DNA of 64,000 bases, taken from positions 24,534-88,533 of the forward strand of contig DATFLN010000004.1 of the NCBI GenBank assembly GCA_035267645.1, read 5' to 3'. Position 1 is the stretch's first letter. Every line of letters begins with the position of its first letter. Shown here in pieces: positions 23,883-32,327 of the stretch. A program made the position numbers and the translations under genes. The notes beneath the pieces are model-generated. The model saw nothing but the letters and a program-made list of their open reading frames with translations. It was not told where the DNA came from and ran no database searches. This stretch comes from Gemmatimonadota bacterium. Lineage in GTDB: Bacteria; Gemmatimonadota; Gemmatimonadetes; Palauibacterales; Palauibacteraceae.

Positions 23883-25636
23883 GCGGAGCCGGGGAGGCGG
23901 CGGCAGCGCCCGGGGAGGCGGCCCCGCCGCGCCCGCTCCGCCCGAGCGCCCACACCTTCTGGGGCGTGGCCGCCCTCGTGGCGGTGGGCGTCGCCGCGGC
24001 GGTGGCCGTCGCGCCGGGCGGCCGCCTGGTGAACGTCCGGGGATGGTCGGAGCTCGCCCGCTTCTTCGCCGCCGCCCTCCACCCGGAGCTGGGGCGGGGC
24101 TTCGTCCCCCTCACGCTCCACGCCTCGCTGGTCACGCTCGCCTTCGCGGTGTGCGGCACCATCGTGAGCCTCGTCCTCGGCCTCACGGGCGGGATCCTGG
24201 CGTCGGAGACCTTCTGGAGGATGGCGGTCTCGGGCCGGACGGACGCGGGAGGGATCCGGAGCCGGGGGCCCTGGGTCGTCGTCCGGGCCTGCCTCGCGGT
24301 CCCGAGGGGCATCCACGAGATCGTGTGGGGGCTCCTGTTCGTGAACCTGGTGGGCCTGGATCCGGTGGTGGGGGTGGCCGCGATCGCCATCCCCTACGGC
24401 GCGATGACCGCCAAGGTCTACTCCGAGATCCTGGACGAGGCGGACCACCGGGCCATGCGGGCCCTCCGCTCAGCGGGGGCCGGGCGCGCCGCCGCCTTCC
24501 TGTACGGGCTGTTCCCGAGGGCCGCGCGGGACCTGGCCTCCTACGCCTTCTACCGGTTCGAGTGCTCGATCCGCTCGGCGGCCGTGCTCGGGATCATCGG
24601 GGCCGGGGGGCTCGGCTACCAGATCTTCCTGAGCCTCCAGTCCCTCCGCTACGAGCAGATGTGGACCTTCCTGTACGCGCTCATCGTCGTGGCGGGGCTC
24701 AGTGACCTGTGGAGCGGGCTGTTCCGGAGCCACCTGGGGGCCGCGACCCGGATCGACCTGGGCCTGGACGACCGGGACGCCCGGCCCGGGGCGCCGCGGA
24801 GGCCTCCCGCCCGGGCCGACCGCGTGGTCCGCGCCTCGTTCGTCCTGTTCGCGCTCCTGGCGGTCCTCTCCTTCTGGCACCTCGGGCCCCACTTCGGGCG
24901 CCTGTTCAGCGCCGGGACGGGCCATCAGCTCGCGGGCCTGGCCGGGAGGGCGTGGCCGCCGGCCCTGGGGGGCGTGAGCCTCGGGCACATGTTCGTCCTG
25001 GCCGGGAAGACGCTGGCCCTATCCGTCCTGGCCATCGCGGTGGCCGGCGCGGGCGGGGTGCTCCTGGCCTTCCCGGCGGCGTACAATTTCCTCCTCCCCG
25101 GCGGCATCCTCCTCGGCGAGAACGGGGGCGGCCCGGTGCGGCGCGCGCTCGGCGCGGCAGGCTTCGGGATCGCGCGGCTCCTCCTCCTGGTCCTCCGGGC
25201 CATCCCCGCCCCGATCTCCGCGCTCCTCCTCCTCTACGTGCTCTTCCCGGGGATCGTGCCCGGCGCGCTCGCACTCGGGCTCTACACCCTGGGCGTCCTC
25301 GGGCGGCTCATGGCGGAGGTGGTCGAGGGGCTGGAAAGGAGGCCGCTGCGGGCCCTCCGGGCCCAGGGCGCGTCGGGGCTCCAGGTCTTCCTGTACGGGG
25401 TCCTCCCCGCCACGCTCCGGCGCTTCGTCTCCTATACTTTCTACCGGTGGGAGGTCGCCATCGCCGGGACGGTCATGGTGGGCCTGGTGGGGGCCGGCGG
25501 GCTGGGCGTCCTCCTCACCGAGCAGCTCAGCAGCTTTGCCTACGACGCGGCGCTCACCACCCTGCTCTTCTACGTCGGGCTCCTGTTCGTGGGCGACATG
25601 GTGAGCGCCACCGCCCGCCGACAGCTCAGGGAATAG
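23879..25636 (+). CDS. Fused double PhnE-like ABC permease
   Basis: 585 aa. The GTG start overlaps the PhnC-like stop (GTGA 23879-23882). Two repeated permease halves each carry a PhnE-type loop (YGAMTAKVYSEILDEADHRAMRALRSAGAGRAAAF and LGRLMAEVVEGLERRPLRALRAQGASGLQVF). Confidence 0.85.
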   Translation: MSGAGEAAAAPGEAAPPRPLRPSAHTFWGVAALVAVGVAAAVAVAPGGRLVNVRGWSELARFFAAALHPELGRGFVPLTLHASLVTLAFAVCGTIVSLVLGLTGGILASETFWRMAVSGRTDAGGIRSRGPWVVVRACLAVPRGIHEIVWGLLFVNLVGLDPVVGVAAIAIPYGAMTAKVYSEILDEADHRAMRALRSAGAGRAAAFLYGLFPRAARDLASYAFYRFECSIRSAAVLGIIGAGGLGYQIFLSLQSLRYEQMWTFLYALIVVAGLSDLWSGLFRSHLGAATRIDLGLDDRDARPGAPRRPPARADRVVRASFVLFALLAVLSFWHLGPHFGRLFSAGTGHQLAGLAGRAWPPALGGVSLGHMFVLAGKTLALSVLAIAVAGAGGVLLAFPAAYNFLLPGGILLGENGGGPVRRALGAAGFGIARLLLLVLRAIPAPISALLLLYVLFPGIVPGALALGLYTLGVLGRLMAEVVEGLERRPLRALRAQGASGLQVFLYGVLPATLRRFVSYTFYRWEVAIAGTVMVGLVGAGGLGVLLTEQLSSFAYDAALTTLLFYVGLLFVGDMVSATARRQLRE

Positions 25637-25645
25637 GAGGGCTCC

Positions 25646-26965
25646 ATGGCGCAGATGAAGCAGACGCTGGTCGACGCGCCCCGCCTGGTCGAGTGGGTGC
25701 GCGACGCGCGCGAGCGGACCCGAACGCTGGTCTCCGACCTCGACGACGAGCAGCTCCTCGGGCCCCGCCTCTCCATCGTGAACCCGCTCCTGTGGGAGAT
25801 CGGGCACCTGGCCTGGTTCCAGGAGAAGTTCGCCCTCAGGGGGGCGCTGGGCCGGGACCCGATCCGCGCGGACGCGGACGAGCTGTGGGACTCGATGGCC
25901 GTGGCGCACGACACGCGCTGGGACCTCCCCCTCCCCTCCCGGGAGGAGACGCTGGCCTACATGCGGGCCGTCGAGGACGCCGTGGTCGAGGCGCTCGAGG
26001 CCTCGCCCGACGAGGACCTCCTCTACCACGCCCTGTACACGGTCTACCACGAGGACATGCACGCCGAGGCGTTCACCTGCACCCGGCAGACGTGCGGATG
26101 GCCGGCCCCGCCCCTCGGCGCCTCAGGCGGGGAGGAGGTCGCCGGCGGCCCGCCGCCGGAGGGCGACGCGGAGGTGCCGGGGACGGCGGCGTTCGCGCTC
26201 GGCGCCCCCCGGGACGCGCCCTTCGCCTTCGACAACGAGCAATGGGCGCACCCGGTCCCGCTCGAGCCCTTCCGCATCGCGAGGCGGCCGGTCACGCAGG
26301 GCGAGTTCGCCGCGTTCGTGGACGACGGCGGCTACGAGCGGGACGAGCTGTGGAGCGAGGCGGGGCTGGCGTGGCGCGAGGAGACGGGGGCCGACGCGCC
26401 GCCGTACTGGAGCCGGGAGGGGGGCGGCTGGACCCGCCGGACGTTCGACCGGCGGGTGCCGCTCGAGCCGGAGCTCCCGATGGTCCACGCGAGCTGGTTC
26501 GAGGCCGAGGCCTGGTGCCGGTGGGCCGGCCGCAGGCTCCCCACCGAGGCCGAGTGGGAGGCGGCCGCGGGCTCTCCGGCGGCGGACGGGGAGCTGGACG
26601 GGCGGGCCGAGGCCAAGCTCCGCCATCCGTGGGGCGAGGAGCAGGACGCGGCCGGGCGGGCCAACCTGGACGGCCTGGCCGGGGGGTGCGTCCCGGCGGG
26701 CCGGCTGCCGGCGGGACGGAGCCCGCACGGGTGCGTGGACATGCTCGGGCAGGTGTGGGAGTGGACCTCCAGCGACTTCGGCCCCTATCCCGACTTCTCG
26801 CCCGACCCGTACGAGGCCTACTCGGAGCCCTGGTTCGGGGGCCGGAAGGTGCTGCGCGGAGGGAGCTGGGCCACGCGCTCCCGGCTCGTGTGGAGCACCT
26901 ACCGGAACTACTTCACGCCCGACCGGCGGGACGTGTTCGCGGGCTTCAGGACGTGCGCGATCTAG
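25646..26965 (+). CDS. EgtB/SenA-family non-haem-iron enzyme (DinB_2 + FGE-sulfatase domains); candidate selenoneine/ergothioneine-type C-chalcogen bond synthase
   Basis: 439 aa with AGGAGG Shine-Dalgarno 8 nt upstream. N-terminal EIGHLAWFQEKF and YHEDMHAEAF (His triad). C-terminal FRIARRPVTQGEFAAFV, GQVWEWTSSDF and VLRGGSWATRS. Confidence 0.8.
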   Translation: MAQMKQTLVDAPRLVEWVRDARERTRTLVSDLDDEQLLGPRLSIVNPLLWEIGHLAWFQEKFALRGALGRDPIRADADELWDSMAVAHDTRWDLPLPSREETLAYMRAVEDAVVEALEASPDEDLLYHALYTVYHEDMHAEAFTCTRQTCGWPAPPLGASGGEEVAGGPPPEGDAEVPGTAAFALGAPRDAPFAFDNEQWAHPVPLEPFRIARRPVTQGEFAAFVDDGGYERDELWSEAGLAWREETGADAPPYWSREGGGWTRRTFDRRVPLEPELPMVHASWFEAEAWCRWAGRRLPTEAEWEAAAGSPAADGELDGRAEAKLRHPWGEEQDAAGRANLDGLAGGCVPAGRLPAGRSPHGCVDMLGQVWEWTSSDFGPYPDFSPDPYEAYSEPWFGGRKVLRGGSWATRSRLVWSTYRNYFTPDRRDVFAGFRTCAI

Positions 26966-27017
26966 GCCGGGCGGGGCGGGACTGGGGCCGGCGCGCGCCC
27001 CGGGACGTGGGAGCGGC

Positions 27018-28097
27018 GTGAGGATCCTCCTGGTCACCCCATCGGCCGACGCCGAGGCGCCCGGGAACCGGGTCACGGCCGACCGCTGGGCCGGCTTCCT
27101 CCGGGAGCTGGGCCACGAGGCGGAGGTCGCCGGGGCGTATCCGGGCGCGGAGGGCGGCGCGCGCCCCGACGTCCTGGTCGCCCTCCACGCCCGGAAGAGC
27201 CTCCCGTCGGTGGTGCGCTACGACGAGGAGCGGGGGTCCGGACGGGCCCCCCGGGGCGGACTCGTGGTGGCCCTCACCGGCACCGACCTGTACCGTGACC
27301 TGGCGGACTCGGACGCCGCGGCCTGGGACGCGGTCCGCCGCGCCGACCGGCTGGTGGTCCTGCAGGAGCGCGGGCCGGACGAGATGCCCCCCGAGCTCCG
27401 CGAGAGGACGCGGGTCATCTACCAGTCCGTCCCGGAGCTGTGGGACGGTGGCGCGGCGGCCGGGGACGTCCCGGGCGCGGGGGGCGAGGACGGGGAGGCC
27501 GCGGACGGGCCTGCGGCGCCCGACGCCGACGCGGCGGGGAGCGCCGGGGAGGAGGCGCTGCACGTCTGCATGCTGGCCCACCTGCGGCCGGTGAAGGACC
27601 CCCTCCTCGCGGCCGAGGCGGCCGCGCTCCTCCCGGAGGGGAGCCGCGTCCGGATCGACCACTACGGCTCGGCCTACTCGGAGGAGGTGGCCCGGCGGGC
27701 CCGGGAGGCCTCGCCCCCGGGCTCCCGGTACAGGTGGCACGGGGAGATCGGCCGCCCCGAGGCCCTCCGCCGCCTGGCCGCGAGCGACCTCCTCCTCCTC
27801 ACCTCGAAGCTCGAGGGAGCCGGGAACGCCGCCTCCGAGGCGATCACGGCCGGGGTCCCCGTGCTGTGCACGGACGTCTCGGGGCTGGTCGGCATGGTCG
27901 GCCGGGGGTACCCCGGCCTGTTCGGGGTCGGCGACGCACGAGCGCTGGCCCGGCTCCTGCGGCGAGCGGAGACCGACCCCGGGTTCGTGCGACGCCTCCG
28001 GCGACACGTCGAGCAGCGCAGGCCGCTCCTCGACCCCGCCCGGGAGCGCGACGCCTGGCGCGACCTCCTCCAGCGACTCGATCTCTCCGAGGTCTGA
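27018..28097 (+). CDS. GT-B/GT4 glycosyltransferase, SenB-like (candidate selenosugar synthase)
   Basis: 359 aa, GTG start. N-terminus MRILLVTPSADAEAPGNRVTADRWAGFLRELGHE. E-x7-E motif in SKLEGAGNAASEAITAGVPV. Assignment to the SenB family rests on my memory of that family's N-terminal signature plus adjacency to the EgtB-like gene. Confidence 0.65.
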   Translation: MRILLVTPSADAEAPGNRVTADRWAGFLRELGHEAEVAGAYPGAEGGARPDVLVALHARKSLPSVVRYDEERGSGRAPRGGLVVALTGTDLYRDLADSDAAAWDAVRRADRLVVLQERGPDEMPPELRERTRVIYQSVPELWDGGAAAGDVPGAGGEDGEAADGPAAPDADAAGSAGEEALHVCMLAHLRPVKDPLLAAEAAALLPEGSRVRIDHYGSAYSEEVARRAREASPPGSRYRWHGEIGRPEALRRLAASDLLLLTSKLEGAGNAASEAITAGVPVLCTDVSGLVGMVGRGYPGLFGVGDARALARLLRRAETDPGFVRRLRRHVEQRRPLLDPARERDAWRDLLQRLDLSEV

Positions 28098-28101
28098 CGA
28101 T

Positions 28102-29475
28102 ATGGACGCCCTCACGGTCGACCGGCTGCAGTTCGCCTTCACCGTCTCCTTCCACTACCTGTTCCCGCAGCTCACCATGGGGCTCGCCCTCCTCATCCTC
28201 CTCCTCGAGACGCAGGCCCTGCGGACGGGCGAGGAGCGCTGGGAGCGCGCCGCGCGGTTCTGGGCCAAGATCTTCGGGATCAACTTCGCCGTGGGCGTGG
28301 TCACCGGGATCCCCATGGAGTTCCAGTTCGGCACGAACTGGGCGGTGTTCTCCAGGGCCGCGGGCGGCGTCATCGGCCAGACGCTGGCCATGGAGGGCGT
28401 GTTCGCGTTCTTCCTCGAGTCGTCCTTCCTGGGGCTCTTCCTGTTCGGGCGGGAGAAGCTGGGGAAGAAGGGGCACTGGTTCACCGCGCTGGCCATGTTC
28501 CTGGGCTCGTGGCTCTCCGGCTACTTCATCGTGGCCACGGACGCCTGGATGCAGCACCCGGTGGGGCACGCCGTGGGACCGGGCGGCGAGATCGCCCTGC
28601 AGAGCTTCCGGGCGCTCCTGACCAACCCGTGGGCCATCTGGCAGTACCTGCACACGATGGTGGGGGCGGTCATCACCGGCTGCTTCGCCCTGGCGGCCGT
28701 GGGCGCCTGGTACGTCCTCGACGACCGCGAGGTGGCGTACGGCAAGATGTTCGTGCGCGTGGGCGTCCTGGTCGGCGTCGTGGCCTCGGTGGTCCAGCTC
28801 TTCCCGCTCGGGGACATCCAGGGGCGCATGGTGGCCGACCACCAGCCCCCCACCCTCGCCGCCATGGAGGGGCTGTTCCGGACCGAGCAGGGCGCGCCGC
28901 TGGCCATCGTGGGGCAGCCCGACGTGGCCCGCGGCGAGCTGGACAACCAGCTCGTCGTCCCGCGGGCGCTCAGCTTCCTCACCTACCGGCGCTGGGAGGC
29001 CGAGGTGAAGGGCCTGGACGCCTTCCCCGAGCAGGACTGGCCCGACAACATCCCGCTCCTCTACTACAGCTACCACATCATGGTCGGGCTCGGGACGATC
29101 TTCATCGCGATCCTGGCCTGGTCCGCCTTCAGGTTGTGGAGGGGGACCCTGTTCGAATCGCGCGCCACGCTGTGGCTCCTGATGCTGGCCCTTCCCTTCC
29201 CCTACATCGCCAACACGGCGGGCTGGCTCACCGCCGAGCTCGGCCGGCAGCCCTGGGTGATCTGGGGGCTGATGCGGACGTCCCAGGGCGCCTCGCCCAC
29301 CGTCTCCTCCGGGAACGGGACGTTCACGCTGGTGGGCTTCATGGGGCTCTACTTCGTCCTCGGCGTCCTCTTCCTCTTCCTCGTGGGGCGGGAGATCGCC
29401 CACGGGCCGGGAGGCGGAGACGCGACTCCGAGCGGATCCGGCGAGCCCGCCGCCGAACGGGTCCGGGGGGGCTGA
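28102..29475 (+). CDS. cydA: Cytochrome bd ubiquinol oxidase subunit I
   Basis: 457 aa. Motifs LQFAFTVSFHYLFPQLTMG, GIPMEFQFGTNW, EGVFAFFLESSF and a Q-loop region. Starts 4 nt after the GT stop. Confidence 0.95.
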   Translation: MDALTVDRLQFAFTVSFHYLFPQLTMGLALLILLLETQALRTGEERWERAARFWAKIFGINFAVGVVTGIPMEFQFGTNWAVFSRAAGGVIGQTLAMEGVFAFFLESSFLGLFLFGREKLGKKGHWFTALAMFLGSWLSGYFIVATDAWMQHPVGHAVGPGGEIALQSFRALLTNPWAIWQYLHTMVGAVITGCFALAAVGAWYVLDDREVAYGKMFVRVGVLVGVVASVVQLFPLGDIQGRMVADHQPPTLAAMEGLFRTEQGAPLAIVGQPDVARGELDNQLVVPRALSFLTYRRWEAEVKGLDAFPEQDWPDNIPLLYYSYHIMVGLGTIFIAILAWSAFRLWRGTLFESRATLWLLMLALPFPYIANTAGWLTAELGRQPWVIWGLMRTSQGASPTVSSGNGTFTLVGFMGLYFVLGVLFLFLVGREIAHGPGGGDATPSGSGEPAAERVRGG

Positions 29476-29476
29476 C

Positions 29477-30514
29477 ATGGAGACGATCTGGTTCTGGTTC
29501 GTGGCGTTCCTCCTCACCATGTACGTCCTCCTGGACGGCTTCGACCTGGGCGCCGGCGCCCTCCACCTCGTGGTGGCCCGCACCGACGAGGAGCGGCGGA
29601 CCGTCCTGCGCTCGATCGGGCCGGTGTGGGACGGGAACGAGGTGTGGCTGATCGCCGGCGGCGGGACGCTGTACTTCGCCTTCCCGGCCCTGTACGCCTC
29701 GAGCTTCAGCGGCTTCTACCTGCCGCTCATGCTCGTGCTGTGGCTCCTGGTCCTGCGCGGGATCTCGATCGAGTTCCGCAGCCACCTGGAGAACCGGGTG
29801 TGGGCGCCTTTCTGGGACGTGGTGTTCGCGGGCGCGAGCCTGCTCCTGGCCCTGTTCCTGGGCGCGGCGCTGGGGAACGTCGTGCGCGGGGTCCCGCTCG
29901 GGGAGGCGGGCTGGTTCTTCGTCCCCCTGTGGACGGACTTCCTGGTCGGTCCCGATCCGGGGGTGCTGGACTTCTACACCCTCTCGGTGGGTCTCACCGC
30001 CCTGGCCGCCCTGGCCCTGCACGGCGCGCTGTGGCTCTCCCACAAGACCGAGGGCGACGTGCAGGCCCGCGCCCGCCGCGCGGCGGGCCGCCTGTGGTGG
30101 GCCGTGGTAGGGGGCACCCTCCTCATTACGGCGCTGACCTGGTGGGTCCAGCCGCTCGTGCCGCGGCACCTGGGGGAGCGGCCGTGGGCGTGGGTCTTCC
30201 CCGCCCTGGCGCTGGCCGGCCTGGCCGCGATCCGCCGGGCGCTCGCGGCGCGGAAGGACCTGCCGGGCTTCCTGGGCTCGTGCGCCTTCCTGGCCGGCAT
30301 GCTCGCGAGCGCGGCCGTCAGCCTGTATCCGTACGTGCTGCCCTCGGTGGGACCCGGTCCGGGCCTGACCGTGCACACCGCCGCGGCCGCGCGCAGCGGC
30401 CTGGCGATCGGCCTGGCCTGGTGGATCCCCGGCATGGCGCTGGCCCTGGCCTACGTGGTCTTCCTGTACCGGAGGTTCCGCGGCAAGGTGTCGCTGGAGG
30501 GCGAGGGGTACTAG
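29477..30514 (+). CDS. cydB: Cytochrome bd ubiquinol oxidase subunit II
   Basis: 345 aa. Motif WFWFVAFLLTMYVLLDGFDLGAGAL...GPVWDGNEVWLI. Starts 1 nt after the cydA stop. Confidence 0.95.
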   Translation: METIWFWFVAFLLTMYVLLDGFDLGAGALHLVVARTDEERRTVLRSIGPVWDGNEVWLIAGGGTLYFAFPALYASSFSGFYLPLMLVLWLLVLRGISIEFRSHLENRVWAPFWDVVFAGASLLLALFLGAALGNVVRGVPLGEAGWFFVPLWTDFLVGPDPGVLDFYTLSVGLTALAALALHGALWLSHKTEGDVQARARRAAGRLWWAVVGGTLLITALTWWVQPLVPRHLGERPWAWVFPALALAGLAAIRRALAARKDLPGFLGSCAFLAGMLASAAVSLYPYVLPSVGPGPGLTVHTAAAARSGLAIGLAWWIPGMALALAYVVFLYRRFRGKVSLEGEGY

Positions 30515-30604
30515 GAGAGGCCGCCGGCGGGTCGTCGCGCGGCCCGCGTGCGAGCGATCCGGCGTTCGGCCCGCGCGAGACGACCAGGCGGAGGCGAGCT
30601 CTCG

Positions 30605-31804
30605 ATGGACGACGCACCCGAGCACGGCACGACGAGCGCGGGCTCCGAGGACGGCCCCGGCCCGGCCTCCGGCGCCGCCGTCCACCTGGGCGGACGGGAA
30701 GTCGTCGTGCTGCTCCTGGGCCTGGCGGCGAGCGTCCTCCTCGGCGTCTTCCTGTGGCCCTTCCTCGGGGCCATCATCACGAGCGGCACGCTGGCCATCC
30801 TGGTCTATCCGGCCTACCGGCGGCTCCGGGGCCGGATCTCGAACGAGAACGCCGCGGCGTTCCTCGGCTCGGCGCTCCTCTTCTTCCTCATCCTCCTCCC
30901 CCTGATCGGCCTCTCCTTCGCGCTCGCGGACCAGCTCCACCTGGGCGCCGACCGGGTGGCCCGGGACCTGGCCGGCAAGCTCGGACCCGGCGGCGACCTG
31001 CGGCAGTGGGCCGTCTCCGTGGGCCAGTCCCTGGGCCTCACGCCGGCCCAGATCACCGAGCTGATCGACCGCCAGCTCCGGGAGGTCCCGACCCTCCTGG
31101 CCCAGCACGCCGTAGGGTTCCTCTCCGGGCTCGGGGGCTCGCTCTTCCAGGGCGGGATCGCCCTGTTCACGCTGTTCTTCATGCTGCGGGACGGGCCCGC
31201 CCTGGTGGACGTCCTCCGCTGGCTCCTCCCGCTCCGGCCCGAGTACACCGACCACCTCATCGACCGCGCCCGGGAGGTCACCTACGCCACCATGTTCGGC
31301 AACGTGGTGGTGGCCATCGTGCAGGGCATCCTGGTCGGCGCGGCCTTCTGGGTGCTCGGCCTGCCGGTCCCGACGCTGTGGGGCACGCTGGCCGGGCTCC
31401 TCGCGCTCCTGCCGGTGGTCGGCGCGCCCCTGGTGTGGGCGCCCGCCGGGATCCTCCTCCTCGTCCACGGGAGCGTGGTCCGGGGTGTCATCCTCCTCGC
31501 GTTCGGCACGCTGGTGGTGAGCACGGTGGACAACCTCCTGCGGGCCGTGCTCGTGAGCGACCGGGCGCAGCTCCACCCCCTCATCGTCTTCTTCAGCGTC
31601 CTCGGCGCGATCCTCGTGTTCGGAGGCGTGGGGCTCTTCATCGGCCCCGTCCTCTTCGTCCTGGCCCTGGCCCTGATCGAGGCCGCGCGGCTGGTCCTCG
31701 AGCCCCAGCACGCCGCCGGCGGGACGATCCCCCGCGGCGAGCTCCTGCTGGACCGGCTCTCGCTGGGGGCCGCGGTGCGGAAAGGAGAGGCCCGGGGGGG
31801 CTGA
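30605..31804 (+). CDS. AI-2E (PerM/YhhT) family transporter
   Basis: Frame of ORF 30548..31804. I prefer ATG 30605 (MDDAPEHG). Multiple TM helices; the C-terminal GLLALLPVVGAPLVWAPAGILL...VLGAILVFGGVGLFIGPVLFV is typical of the family. Confidence 0.8.
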   Translation: MDDAPEHGTTSAGSEDGPGPASGAAVHLGGREVVVLLLGLAASVLLGVFLWPFLGAIITSGTLAILVYPAYRRLRGRISNENAAAFLGSALLFFLILLPLIGLSFALADQLHLGADRVARDLAGKLGPGGDLRQWAVSVGQSLGLTPAQITELIDRQLREVPTLLAQHAVGFLSGLGGSLFQGGIALFTLFFMLRDGPALVDVLRWLLPLRPEYTDHLIDRAREVTYATMFGNVVVAIVQGILVGAAFWVLGLPVPTLWGTLAGLLALLPVVGAPLVWAPAGILLLVHGSVVRGVILLAFGTLVVSTVDNLLRAVLVSDRAQLHPLIVFFSVLGAILVFGGVGLFIGPVLFVLALALIEAARLVLEPQHAAGGTIPRGELLLDRLSLGAAVRKGEARGG

Positions 31805-31883
31805 CGGGCTCGGGCGACGGGAGGAGGCCGTGGGCGCGGGCGGGCGCCGGCCGCTCCGGACGTCGTGCGGGGCCGGCGAGCGC

Positions 31884-32327
31884 TCAGGGCCGCCCGCCAC
31901 CCCCGAGTTCGGCCTCGTCGCCACGGATGCGGTCGGGGGACAGCTCCAGCTCCGGGAGATCGAGGACCTCCGACCAGTCGACCTCCCGGTCCGCTTCCCG
32001 GCCGCGGCTCCGCTCCTCGACCCGCCGCCTGGTCCGGCGGGCATGCTCGCGGATCGCGTCCACGTCCAGGCCCAGATACGGGGAGGGATGGCCGGCGAGC
32101 GCCTCCTCGGCCTTAGCCAGCTGGGCCCGGATCCCGTGCGGCGTGCCTCGCCGGGCGTGGACGAAAGCGCTGGCGTAGAGGATCAGGCCGTGGTAGAAGG
32201 CGCTCCCTTCCCTGCGCCACGCGTCCTCGAGCACCTCGTGGCTCTCCCAGTACTCGCCGCGGTTCACGAGTCCGACGAAGCGGACGAGCGGCCGGGGCGG
32301 ACGCGGCGAGTCTGAGCGGGCCTCCAT
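31884..32327 (-). CDS. DUF309-family protein
   Basis: 147 aa. FVGLVNRGEYWESHEVLEDAWRREG...YHGLILYASAFVHARRG is the DUF309 signature as I recall it. Confidence 0.7.
   Translation of the reverse strand: MEARSDSPRPPRPLVRFVGLVNRGEYWESHEVLEDAWRREGSAFYHGLILYASAFVHARRGTPHGIRAQLAKAEEALAGHPSPYLGLDVDAIREHARRTRRRVEERSRGREADREVDWSEVLDLPELELSPDRIRGDEAELGGGGRP

Noticed and set aside
22189-25636. Interpreting the PhnDCE-like genes as a phosphonate-utilisation locus.
   Set aside because: No C-P lyase, phosphonatase, phosphite or hypophosphite dehydrogenase or Pho-box-like sequence is present in the window. The genes are translationally coupled to redox and EgtB-like genes instead. I retained only the family-level call and left the substrate open.
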